57,468 nt of DNA from a virus (Duplodnaviria; Caudoviricetes), in the IMG/VR virus record IMGVR_UViG_3300023276_000855, positions 1-57,468 of that record; one strand, 5' to 3'. The notes under the pieces were generated by a model that saw only the letters and a list, made by a program, of their open reading frames with translations, was not told the DNA's origin and did not search any database. This document shows, in pieces, positions 45,553-55,198 of this stretch; the first letter of the stretch is position 1, and each line of letters begins with the position of its first letter. The position numbers and the translations under genes were made by a program.

Positions 45553-47262
45553 ATGGAAACATTAGTTAAAGACACAACAAAAACACCGTCAGAATACGGT
45601 TGGGTCAACGAAGACTCAGAAAAATACCTATATAGTGGGTATATCACAGAAGATGAAACACCAGAGGGGAGATTTGATGAAATAGCAGAAGCTTCTGAAT
45701 ATAACTTAGGCGACGACCCAGCATTCAAAGGATTTGCTGAGAGGTTTAAGAAATATATGAAGAAGGGGTATTATGCCCTTTCTTCTCCAGTGATTTCTAA
45801 TTTTGGCAAACCAAGAGGATATCCAATTTCATGTTTCGGATCTTATATTGGAGATAGTATCTCTGATATTGGAGATGGGTTTAATGAAATGTTGATGATG
45901 TCTAAAATGGGTGGAGGTACTTCAGGTTATTGGGGGGCTGTTCGTGGCATGGGTGCAGAGTTTGGAGAAGATGGTGGAGTTACAAATGGACCCATTTCAT
46001 TCATGAAGATGTATGATACTGGCATTAATGGAGTATCACAAGGTTCAGTTCGTCGCGGAGCATATGCAACATACCTAGACATTGATCATTCTGATGTTGA
46101 AGAATTTCTAAAGATTAAAGCTGAAGGAAATGATATTCAGAACCTCAATTTTGGACTATGTGTTCCTGATTACTGGATGAAAGAAATGATTGCAGGAGAT
46201 CGCCACAAACAAACTCTTTGGGGTAAAGTCATTCAGAAGAAATTTGAGACAGGATTTCCATATATCTTCTTCTCTGGAAATGCAAATAAGACAGCACCCC
46301 AAGTTTATAAAGATAAGGGGATGACTATTTGGGCATCTAATCTTTGTACTGAGATTATGCTTGCTACGAGTAAGGAGGAATCGTTTGTTTGCGACTTAGG
46401 TCATATCAACCTATCTAAATGGAATGAAATTAAATCGGAACCACTTGGACTAGATGATGTATTTGAGGTTCTGTCTTGGCATTTAGATGCTGTAATGACT
46501 GAATTCATTAGAAAATCAGAAGGTTGTCATCAACTGGATAAGGCTAGGAGATTTGCAATTAACCAACGTGCAATTGGTGTTGGTGTAGTTGGATATCATT
46601 CATACTTACAACAGGAGAATATTGCATATGAGTCTATGGAAGCTAAGTTTATCAATAAAGAGATCTTCAGTACCATGAGGAAATCCCTTGATAAATCTTC
46701 TAGAAAATTGGCAGCTATTCTTGGTGAACCACCACTACTTAAGGGGTATGGTATTCGATGGGTTACTAACATGACTATCGCACCAACAACTTCTTCGAGT
46801 TTCATCCTTGGACAAATTACACCTGCGGCAGATCCATCTATGTCAAACTACTTTACTAAGGATCTCGCGAAGGGAAAGTTTACTTTCAAGAGTCCTACCC
46901 TCACAAAGGTTCTCAAGTCGTATGGTAAAGATACAAAGGATGTGTGGAAATCAATTTTAACACATGGTGGAAGTGCTCAACATCTAGATTTCTTAACTCA
47001 ACACGAACGAAACGTATATAAGACCTGTCAAGAGATTTCTCAAATGGAGATTGTAGTTCAAGCGGCTCAACGCCAACCTGATATTGATCAAGGACAAAGC
47101 CTAAACCTAGTGTTTGCTTCAGATACGCCAGCAAGAGAGGTAAATAAAGTCTTGATTTATGGATGGGAACATGGTATAAAGAGTTTCTACTATCAGAGAG
47201 GTACAAATCCAGCACAAGAGATTGCAAGGAATATTTCATCTTGTGCATCTTGCGAAGGGTAG
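45553..47262 (+). CDS. nrdA: ribonucleotide reductase class I alpha subunit (no ATP cone)
   Basis: ISCF, SNLCTEI, IAPTTSSS, DQGQSLN, KSFYY, C-terminal CASCEG. Confidence 0.95.
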   Translation: METLVKDTTKTPSEYGWVNEDSEKYLYSGYITEDETPEGRFDEIAEASEYNLGDDPAFKGFAERFKKYMKKGYYALSSPVISNFGKPRGYPISCFGSYIGDSISDIGDGFNEMLMMSKMGGGTSGYWGAVRGMGAEFGEDGGVTNGPISFMKMYDTGINGVSQGSVRRGAYATYLDIDHSDVEEFLKIKAEGNDIQNLNFGLCVPDYWMKEMIAGDRHKQTLWGKVIQKKFETGFPYIFFSGNANKTAPQVYKDKGMTIWASNLCTEIMLATSKEESFVCDLGHINLSKWNEIKSEPLGLDDVFEVLSWHLDAVMTEFIRKSEGCHQLDKARRFAINQRAIGVGVVGYHSYLQQENIAYESMEAKFINKEIFSTMRKSLDKSSRKLAAILGEPPLLKGYGIRWVTNMTIAPTTSSSFILGQITPAADPSMSNYFTKDLAKGKFTFKSPTLTKVLKSYGKDTKDVWKSILTHGGSAQHLDFLTQHERNVYKTCQEISQMEIVVQAAQRQPDIDQGQSLNLVFASDTPAREVNKVLIYGWEHGIKSFYYQRGTNPAQEIARNISSCASCEG

Positions 47263-47274
47263 ATAATTAATATT

Positions 47275-47871
47275 ATGGAAGAAGAAGAAGAAATCGTACA
47301 ATATGCAATGCCAATGAACAATGATCCAGTTACCGTGTCTAATAACCACGTATACTTTTATGGAAACTTTGATAGGGATTCAGTAAAACATCTAAATAGA
47401 ATTTTTAATGAATTAGATGATAGTCTAATTACTAATTTAACCAATTCTGCTTATTTTGATACAGACCAGAATCCTATTATTCATCTACATCTATCAACAG
47501 ATGGTGGAGAATATTTCTCAGCAATTTCGGTAATTGAAACCATCAAGAAACTTAAATGTGATGTACATGTTTATGTTGAAGGATTGGTAGCCAGTGCTGG
47601 CACATTAGTTATGTGTGTTTGCGCGAAACGAATGATGGGACCATATAGTAAAATGTTGGTTCATCAACTCCGAGGAGGACACACTGGGACATATACAGAT
47701 ATGGAAGATAATATGGAAAATTGTCAATCTATGATGTCAGATATTAAAAGTATCTACATGGATCATACAGATTTTCCAGAAGATAGTCTTGATAATCTCC
47801 TAAAAAGAGAGAAATATCTTTCTGCTGAAAGATGTTTGGAGTATGGGTTGGTCGATGTAATTACCCCCTAA
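47275..47871 (+). CDS. second, divergent ClpP-like protease
   Basis: STDGG, VASAG, MLVHQ, YLSAERCLEYGLVD. Confidence 0.8.
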   Translation: MEEEEEIVQYAMPMNNDPVTVSNNHVYFYGNFDRDSVKHLNRIFNELDDSLITNLTNSAYFDTDQNPIIHLHLSTDGGEYFSAISVIETIKKLKCDVHVYVEGLVASAGTLVMCVCAKRMMGPYSKMLVHQLRGGHTGTYTDMEDNMENCQSMMSDIKSIYMDHTDFPEDSLDNLLKREKYLSAERCLEYGLVDVITP

Positions 47872-47876
47872 TATCA

Positions 47877-47909
47877 AAAGCCGCATGAATTACTTCATGC
47901 GGCTTTTTT
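47877..47909. terminator. bidirectional terminator
   Basis: AAAAGCCGCATGAA-TTAC-TTCATGCGGCTTTT. Confidence 0.85.
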
Positions 47910-47919
47910 GTGTATTTAT

Positions 47920-49524
47920 TTAATTAGCATTCTTACGCTCATGATATTGACTTTGTGCTGCCACCATAGCACCATGAATATTAATACCTTCTTTATGCGC
48001 AATATTTCGCACACCTTTATTCTCAGCCATTAATCTAATTGGTATATTATTGAAATGGTGGCTGTGTGGATACGTGACTATTAAGTCGTCGTTAGGAAAT
48101 GCAAATACTGGTTTCCATGATCCAGAGTGATCACAAAATGTCTCGCCTATAACTAGACTTTTGCGAGTATCAGTATTGAATTTGCCAAGAAGTATAGTAT
48201 CTTCAGTTTGTTGAACTTCTAAAGGTGCTGTTACATGATGCAAATATGTCTCACCTTCTGTGTATGTTGATGATCCGACTATTAAATTTTTATGTATGCC
48301 CATACTTCCTTGTATATATACCTGTTTATTGGTTCTAATTTGGATTGATTCCTTAGAGGATATTTCGACACCAGCATCACCAGATATATGCATATTATGC
48401 GCCCCCGATATTTTAACATCTTTGCCTGATATATCTACCGAAGTTCCTACCATCAATACACCTCCAGTAGATCGTACGGAAAATCCGCCAGATCCAACCT
48501 TTATATTATATCGATTACCAACAACAACTGTTTTGTCTCCACAGGGAAACGCTGAGTCGTTATCAACTTTCTCGATAACAGGTATGGAATCATAGTTTTG
48601 ATAAGAACCAGATTCAGCCACCAACTGTTCAATTGGTTGAGATCTTCCTTCTGGATCTATTCGTATAGATGGAAAGTCATTAAATATAGTCCCTACAACT
48701 TCAAGAGAATTCCCCTTCTGGAAATCAATCTTATTGCCACTATCTCCCATTAGGGATTCAATATCATTCAATTCATCCTCTTGGAGCTTCTTAATGGTGT
48801 CTGAGAGTTCTTGCTTGTCTGAATTAGTGTCCCATGTACCCTTCTCAGTTGCAGCACTCTTATCCCCACCATACGCAGCCACACCAGCAGCAGCACTACC
48901 AGTTGGACCCGCAGTAAGTTCAATTTCTTCCTTCGTGGGGGATTGTTTCTTAGCTGATCCTATATTAGCCACTACTGGGACATATGCATCAACTTCATTT
49001 GAAGAAGATGTAATTAGTGGTGTTTTAATGTATGCTATAAATGTATTATCTAATGATAGGGTTTCATCTTTAAGTGTTGGGTTATCTGCCCTATCTCCAG
49101 ATTGGGTTAATTCAACACCATTAGAATCACTGACCCCTCCTCGTTGTATGTTGAACCCACTATTTACTTCCGCAATTGATCTCCACGCAGATTTCCATGA
49201 TTCATATGCAGCTAATTCCGATTCTCCATTATATCCATTATAGGAATAGGTATCTCCAGCAGTTCGATGAAAACTCTTCCCCCCAATAAACACAGAATTG
49301 TCTCTACCAGATGTAAAAAATGCGTCACCAGTTACGTTGACTTGCTTATTATTAGATGCGAATTCAGACACTACTACATTAGTAAAGTTTATATTTGAAC
49401 CGCTCCTATGTGATAATTGAATCGCTTCAGCGTCAGTGGTATTTATGATACGCAAACTACCTCCTCTTTGATTTAAGAGGTATTCGTTAGTGTATTCAAA
49501 TTCTTCAGGTGTTTCAGTGGACAT
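47920..49524 (-). CDS. baseplate hub/spike protein, gp5 C-terminal-like
   Basis: LSHRSGS.I.F and beta-helix-like repeats, HSHHF tip motif; follows the gp5 OB-fold gene. Confidence 0.65.
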   Translation of the reverse strand: MSTETPEEFEYTNEYLLNQRGGSLRIINTTDAEAIQLSHRSGSNINFTNVVVSEFASNNKQVNVTGDAFFTSGRDNSVFIGGKSFHRTAGDTYSYNGYNGESELAAYESWKSAWRSIAEVNSGFNIQRGGVSDSNGVELTQSGDRADNPTLKDETLSLDNTFIAYIKTPLITSSSNEVDAYVPVVANIGSAKKQSPTKEEIELTAGPTGSAAAGVAAYGGDKSAATEKGTWDTNSDKQELSDTIKKLQEDELNDIESLMGDSGNKIDFQKGNSLEVVGTIFNDFPSIRIDPEGRSQPIEQLVAESGSYQNYDSIPVIEKVDNDSAFPCGDKTVVVGNRYNIKVGSGGFSVRSTGGVLMVGTSVDISGKDVKISGAHNMHISGDAGVEISSKESIQIRTNKQVYIQGSMGIHKNLIVGSSTYTEGETYLHHVTAPLEVQQTEDTILLGKFNTDTRKSLVIGETFCDHSGSWKPVFAFPNDDLIVTYPHSHHFNNIPIRLMAENKGVRNIAHKEGINIHGAMVAAQSQYHERKNAN

Positions 49525-50267
49525 TAGTTTTCAAATTTAGAGGTTTTTAGATCGTCACCATTGACATTATCTACATTATTAATTGGAATCATCTCTCGCG
49601 TATCGCGATATGTTCCGAAATATACAGGATAGTCATAGTCTCCACCCTCAAAGAATATCCAAACCTTGGAACCGACTTCTGGCGTAGAGAAACTACCTTT
49701 AGCCATATTGACACTCTTATTTGGATGATATCCTATTCCATAAGGATTGCATTTACCATGTTCAGATCCTATTAAATATGCATCTCGTATGTTATAATCG
49801 TTTAGATCATACAAAAGCGCAGGTGCGAATGAACCGTCTTCAACACTAAATCCTCCCTTTAAAACATCTCCCTCTTTTGTAAGTTCTAGAGATTCAAACG
49901 ATTCAGGATAATTTGAATCAGATATGGTAGCTTTTTCAAGCCCTTTATTATATCGCCCATGACCAGACTCACCCATAATTGGATGACAAGCTTCTGCCCA
50001 TATAGATAATGCTGCAATTTCTTCAAATATTTCTGTATCTTTAAAGTTGCAGAAATCAAAATTAGTACCTGCAATCTTAGTTTTAATTATTTCAAATTCT
50101 TCAAACCAATCATCGTTTGGTTGGTTTGTTACATCGGGGATGAAAACCTTCACCCTATTACGAGAAAGGGGATCGTAGTTCTTGACTACGACTCCCCTGT
50201 AAAAGCTTCTACCAGCATTTCTTGGTGAAGTTTGTTTTCTATGATTATTAGATCCGCTTGGGTTCAT
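49524..50267 (-). CDS. gp5/VgrG-like N-terminal OB-fold baseplate protein
   Basis: GVVVKNYDP..RVKV and PEVGSKVWIFFEGGD..PVYFG. Confidence 0.8.
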   Translation of the reverse strand: MNPSGSNNHRKQTSPRNAGRSFYRGVVVKNYDPLSRNRVKVFIPDVTNQPNDDWFEEFEIIKTKIAGTNFDFCNFKDTEIFEEIAALSIWAEACHPIMGESGHGRYNKGLEKATISDSNYPESFESLELTKEGDVLKGGFSVEDGSFAPALLYDLNDYNIRDAYLIGSEHGKCNPYGIGYHPNKSVNMAKGSFSTPEVGSKVWIFFEGGDYDYPVYFGTYRDTREMIPINNVDNVNGDDLKTSKFEN

Positions 50268-50283
50268 CAATCATATTTAGTTA

Positions 50284-50649
50284 CTAGATGTAACCAAGTA
50301 AATACTTTCTTCTTGTTTCTGGTGTGGATACTGCTGCTACTTCAAGATCCACTGCTGCGATAGTGCCACTAAGTGCATCAGAAAAGTTTCCAGCGAGATA
50401 TGTACCATCTGCACTAACTACTGCGAAATCATCTACCAGATATGCTGTGTCAATTACGAACACCCCAACATCTTCAATAGTGAGTGCTAATGTCGAAGCA
50501 TCTGGAGTTTTTGCATCAAATGCCAACCCAGCAACACCTGCTTCTAATGAAGTAATAGTATTGCCCCCAGCAGTACTGACAGCATTTTGTAATTCAGGTG
50601 TATACACCGTACCGTCTTGGATAATTGTATCGAAATTTTTCTGTACCAT
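50284..50649 (-). CDS. hypothetical virion protein
   Basis: Late promoter CTAAATA-N5-ATG; downstream of the capsid gene. Confidence 0.6.
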   Translation of the reverse strand: MVQKNFDTIIQDGTVYTPELQNAVSTAGGNTITSLEAGVAGLAFDAKTPDASTLALTIEDVGVFVIDTAYLVDDFAVVSADGTYLAGNFSDALSGTIAAVDLEVAAVSTPETRRKYLLGYI

Positions 50650-50748
50650 ATTACTATTTAGTAAAAGTAGACTAAAAAAGGGGAATGGTTTCCCATTCCC
50701 CTTAAAGTTTTTAGTTTATTAAGTTTTTGTTACTTACTAGTATTAATA

Positions 50749-52209
50749 CTAGAGGTAAACACTTACAGTTCCTGGGGTAAATGCTTCTCCGAGGTTCTTA
50801 ACAAGTACCAAGTGGTAGTAAAGATCAGATCCGAAGATGTTTGATACAATACCGTAACGTGTAAGCATTCCTACGCGAGGAGCAAAATCGTTAGGTCCGA
50901 TTGTACGTTGTACCATAAGTGGGATGTACGGACAATAGATAATACCAGTATCATAGTACTCAGCACCTTTGTAACCAAGTAGAGCGTACTCAATCTTAGT
51001 TGCAGGAGCGTTGTTATAATAGTTAGGCTTGTAGTAAGTAGAATCTTGTACTTCTGTTCTTGTATCACGGTATACTGTGAAACGTGAACCAACTGTACCT
51101 ACTTTAGTAATACCAACAGAGTTAGTAGTTACATTACCATTAACCTTGAATGTTTCAAAGTCAGGAAGTAGTTCAAGGATAGTACATACTCTAGGAGTAG
51201 CTACTACGAAGTTTGCAGGTCCTCTACGGTTACGTGCAGCAAGGCGACCAGACTCAACCATGAGCTTCTGGAAGAATGTGTGGTTACGTTCAGCAGTCCA
51301 ACGACCATCAGAACTTACAGGACTCCAGAAAGAATAACCTGTGTTGATTCCACCATTGATTGCGGATTGGATCATGCGCATTACAACTTCACGGTCAATC
51401 TCAGCTTGAATTTCGTAACTCATTGCGTTAGTCAATTCTGCATCGAGGTCGATACCGTTCATGTTTTTAATGTCCTGCTCAAGTTCAATACTCCAGCGTG
51501 TACCAAGTCTACGAGTACCAGCGGTAACTGATGTCTTTTCGAACTTTAGTTCTACCTGTGGAATGTCTCCTGAGAGTTCATAATCACCAAGTAGTGCTGC
51601 AATACCAGTATCTTCGTCTGCAAAAGTCCAGTCTGCATTACCAGAAAGGAAGCCAGATGAAGTACCTGTGAAGCGTGAGTCTAGGTATTGATAACCTAGT
51701 TCAGATGCAGGAAGGTTTCCTGCTCCACTTAATGCTGGGTTTACACCACCATTAGGGCTGTTTGCACCTGCTTGTGTTTCAAGAGGTGGAGTTTTTCCGT
51801 CAATTCCTGTACCGAGTGTTTCATTTTGGTAAGCGAAACGCATTGCGAACGCAAGACCAACTGGTCCACCCATTGGCTGAACACCACAGATTTCGTTTGC
51901 TACCAACTCTGGGAAGGTACGACGAATCATAGGAATTAGGATTTGTGGGAGACGTTGATCTCCTGCTGCATAGTTATCGCCATTAGCGATACCATTTCCA
52001 CCCGCTGAAGCTGCGCCAAATACGCCTCCTGAGCTGTTGGATTCATTGAGGTAACTACGTTGGTTCTCAAGTAGTCGAGCTGTAGAGCGATAAACATGTT
52101 CGTTCTGAATTTCAGGTACAGTCTCGTCTGAATAGTCGAGTACTTTTTCCCATCGTTTCACAATCGCGTCCATTTCTGCGCCCTTTGTGTTGTCTTGGAT
52201 ATTTTCCAT
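50749..52209 (-). CDS. gp23: T4-like major capsid protein
   Basis: LLENQ, GVQPMGGPVGL.FAMR, ELEQD, EIQAEIDRE, YCPYIPL, F.PRVGMLTRYG. Confidence 0.97.
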   Translation of the reverse strand: MENIQDNTKGAEMDAIVKRWEKVLDYSDETVPEIQNEHVYRSTARLLENQRSYLNESNSSGGVFGAASAGGNGIANGDNYAAGDQRLPQILIPMIRRTFPELVANEICGVQPMGGPVGLAFAMRFAYQNETLGTGIDGKTPPLETQAGANSPNGGVNPALSGAGNLPASELGYQYLDSRFTGTSSGFLSGNADWTFADEDTGIAALLGDYELSGDIPQVELKFEKTSVTAGTRRLGTRWSIELEQDIKNMNGIDLDAELTNAMSYEIQAEIDREVVMRMIQSAINGGINTGYSFWSPVSSDGRWTAERNHTFFQKLMVESGRLAARNRRGPANFVVATPRVCTILELLPDFETFKVNGNVTTNSVGITKVGTVGSRFTVYRDTRTEVQDSTYYKPNYYNNAPATKIEYALLGYKGAEYYDTGIIYCPYIPLMVQRTIGPNDFAPRVGMLTRYGIVSNIFGSDLYYHLVLVKNLGEAFTPGTVSVYL

Positions 52210-52300
52210 AATATTTTTATATTTTATAATCTCACTCTATTGTTAAGGCAAGTAAGCATCCTTATATTTTTGTTTATCGTTCAAGCTTTCGCTTCATTTA

Positions 52301-53182
52301 TTAAAATTTGTTACGATTCATCACATTGATGTACTGAGACATCTCTGGATCAATTGTATCACTAGTAGTATTTACAACATTTTCTTCAATTATTTCAGAT
52401 TGAAGTGAATCAATTACTGTTTCTCTGTTGTTAAAGGCTTCATTCTTCAAAGCTTTCTCTGCTTCTTTATCTCTCTTATCAAAAAGATTGGATACGAATT
52501 CAAAGTTTTCTTTAACATACTTTACTGACTTATCACCAAGAACCTTAGTAACATAATCTGATTTAGATTTATCGAAGTCTCCGCAGCTTTCAGCAAGGAA
52601 TGCTTTCTTTTCGAAAGATTCAATGAGGTTAGTTTGCTTCTTGGACTCACGCACAAGTTTCTCATTCTTAGATTGTAGGTTGTCAATTTTTGACTTACCA
52701 TCGATGATTGCATCTTGTACTGACTCTTTCATCATTACAGAATCAACTGCAAGAACTTGACGTAGGTTCTCAAGAACATTCATTGCACTCTTATTTCGAA
52801 CTGCTTCAGAAATTTCTTTCTTAGGTAGTACGTCTTCGAGAACAACAACATCTAGATATTCACTAATGTCATCATAAAGGGTATTCTTAAAGATCTTTGC
52901 ATTTTCAGAAATCTCTTGTTCGTAGCGTTTAACGATAGTGACAAGCTTCTTAGAGCGATCAGCATCAACTGCTTCAAGAACTCTTTTAAGTTTGACTCCA
53001 TACGAACCATCAATGCGTTCCATCAAACTCTCAAGTTTAATAGCGTATTCATTATCCTGCATCTCTAACGCTGATTCAACTGAGAGAGTAACTTTATTTT
53101 CAAAAGCTGTTTGAATAGCCTCCAAAGATTCATCTCCTAGTACTGATCGCACTTCTTCGTTTAGTAGTTTCTTAATATTCAT
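52301..53182 (-). CDS. gp22: prohead core scaffolding protein
   Basis: Coiled-coil protein between gp21 and gp23, ending M.QY. Confidence 0.8.
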   Translation of the reverse strand: MNIKKLLNEEVRSVLGDESLEAIQTAFENKVTLSVESALEMQDNEYAIKLESLMERIDGSYGVKLKRVLEAVDADRSKKLVTIVKRYEQEISENAKIFKNTLYDDISEYLDVVVLEDVLPKKEISEAVRNKSAMNVLENLRQVLAVDSVMMKESVQDAIIDGKSKIDNLQSKNEKLVRESKKQTNLIESFEKKAFLAESCGDFDKSKSDYVTKVLGDKSVKYVKENFEFVSNLFDKRDKEAEKALKNEAFNNRETVIDSLQSEIIEENVVNTTSDTIDPEMSQYINVMNRNKF

Positions 53183-53184
53183 AA

Positions 53185-53367
53185 TTAAAATATTGGGTTA
53201 TCCATTTCCTCTTTGATTCGTTTCTCCAACTTTTTGGACAATACGCTTTCAAGAAATTTTGTTGCTTTACTATAGTCCTTTGAGGCAATAGCTGTAATCA
53301 TTCTAGAAATCTTAGCTTTCTCACTAAGATCTTCGATGTTTTTAGTTTTTGTAGATTTTTTAATCAT
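53185..53367 (-). CDS. small prohead core protein (gp67/68-like)
   Basis: Position in the head module; likely start ATG 53367. Confidence 0.5.
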   Translation of the reverse strand: MIKKSTKTKNIEDLSEKAKISRMITAIASKDYSKATKFLESVLSKKLEKRIKEEMDNPIF

Positions 53368-53380
53368 TGCTTTGTTATAT

Positions 53381-54070
53381 TTATTTAATTGCTGCAATGA
53401 ATTTGATTATTTCATCACGTAAATAAGATTCTACATTTTTTGTAGGTAATTTACTGATCTTCTTCTCAAAATCTTCATAGATGGATTCAAACCCACCATT
53501 AAGATCAAGAACATATGATTTGGATTCTAAAATCCCATTAACAAATGCTTTTGGGAAACTTGGATCTGCGACTGCATCAATGGCAACCAATCTCATGTTG
53601 CGAACAATGTTATGTCCTGACCCACTCTCTTCAAGAGAACCCAATGCTCTCGTTGACATTCCAATTTGTACTCCGTCTTCAATAAGGGACTTTAAAACTA
53701 ATCCTGTGGGCGTACTTAAAACTTTACTTCTTCCCATATATGTATCACCTTCCAATTTGAGGTCTGTTACAATATGACAAGCTCTTTCTAAATCTACTTC
53801 TGCTGATTGGGGATGATTTAACTCCCCCATTGCTCTCTTAGGAGCTACCATCTCGTTAATATATCTATCGACTTCCGACTTGGTATCATCAAGATCATAC
53901 ATTCTATTATTTCTATTAACAGAATTGCAACCAATCATTGGTCCACTTATATATAGGGATGGCGTTGATGCTTCGCTCAAGTTCCTCTGTTCCTCTACAT
54001 ATGACACTTCAAAACCTTCAAACATTTCTGGATTAGGATTCTCTGCAATCAATTTCAGTTTCACGGACAT
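53381..54070 (-). CDS. gp21: prohead protease
   Basis: NRNNRMY, GELNHP, STRALGS, DAVADPS. Confidence 0.95.
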   Translation of the reverse strand: MSVKLKLIAENPNPEMFEGFEVSYVEEQRNLSEASTPSLYISGPMIGCNSVNRNNRMYDLDDTKSEVDRYINEMVAPKRAMGELNHPQSAEVDLERACHIVTDLKLEGDTYMGRSKVLSTPTGLVLKSLIEDGVQIGMSTRALGSLEESGSGHNIVRNMRLVAIDAVADPSFPKAFVNGILESKSYVLDLNGGFESIYEDFEKKISKLPTKNVESYLRDEIIKFIAAIK

Positions 54071-54112
54071 ATCAATATTTATAGTAAATGCATATATTTT
54101 ATGCTTTTATTT

Positions 54113-54580
54113 CTATTTTAAATGCTTTTCCGTAAGAATTAAGAATTTCATATCCCACTTTTCACAGAAATGTTTTGCTGCGTCCCATTTACGAAGGTTC
54201 TTATCCCACTCAGTACATTCGTAGATGAATGTAGATTTCTTTTGTTTCTTCTTAATAGGCTTCTTGGTCTGTTTATGTGGTTTCACTTCAATGAGATATT
54301 TAGACACTACATCTCCTTCCTTCATCATAACGTATCCATCTACATAGTAAGTATGCATCTTTCCATCATGTCCCTTATAAGGAATACGAATAGATTCACT
54401 GCCCCAATGTATAATATTAGGGTTGGAATCGCAGAACTTAAAGAACTTTAATTCAAGTCCAGATCTATATATAGCACGATCTCCATCAAACTTATCCTTA
54501 TGTTTTGGGTAAAAATACCCTTGACGATATTTAGAATTCATCTTCAAGGGTAGTTCTTTTCTAGCTTTCCTCATAATCAA
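54113..54580 (-). CDS. gp4: head completion nuclease (TnsA-like)
   Basis: YRSGLE, WGSE..IPY, YYVD, IEVKP, KW.AA, LTEK. Confidence 0.9.
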   Translation of the reverse strand: MIMRKARKELPLKMNSKYRQGYFYPKHKDKFDGDRAIYRSGLELKFFKFCDSNPNIIHWGSESIRIPYKGHDGKMHTYYVDGYVMMKEGDVVSKYLIEVKPHKQTKKPIKKKQKKSTFIYECTEWDKNLRKWDAAKHFCEKWDMKFLILTEKHLK

Positions 54581-55198
54581 TTATTGTACATCGAATACTA
54601 CATAGTCATAACTACCATCTTCGTTGTGGCGTATACCTATATTCTCACAGTGAGAATCTGTATGTGCGACTCCAATATTACCTAGTTCACTAAGACCCCA
54701 AGAAATATCATCAGCAAACTTTAACTCTTCGTCATCTAACCCATCCTCTTCCTGATCATAATAATTATCACGCCAATCGGGTGATTTTTCCGACAATGAT
54801 TGTTCAATGGTGCATATATCCTCAGTAATATCTAATAATTCGGTCACATATGCATTATGTTCCTCTGACACATCAAATATATTGGCTACATTGGCAAATT
54901 TTCTCCTAGACTCTCTAATCTTAATTGCTGAATACATTTCCTCGTCAGAACTCGTCAATTTAACAACATAATCCTTTCCTCCAAAATTCACTAAGAATGC
55001 TGTACCCCAATGTCCACTTCCTATATCGGAAGCTCCTTCATAATCCATTTCAAAATCGTCATATTCTTCGTCAGACATAGCATCCACTTTGCCTTTAATA
55101 TTTTCATCAGCAATACCTAATTTAGCAAGAACCTCTAATTCATGCTTTACTGAATCGAATTCCCTATACTCGAATATATATTTCTTAAATGATTTCAT
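54581..55198 (-). CDS. protein-kinase-like fold protein with capsid-targeting-like N-terminus
   Basis: IGSGHWG, VVKLT, HTDSHCEN, FD; starts MKSFKKYIFE. Confidence 0.65.
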   Translation of the reverse strand: MKSFKKYIFEYREFDSVKHELEVLAKLGIADENIKGKVDAMSDEEYDDFEMDYEGASDIGSGHWGTAFLVNFGGKDYVVKLTSSDEEMYSAIKIRESRRKFANVANIFDVSEEHNAYVTELLDITEDICTIEQSLSEKSPDWRDNYYDQEEDGLDDEELKFADDISWGLSELGNIGVAHTDSHCENIGIRHNEDGSYDYVVFDVQ

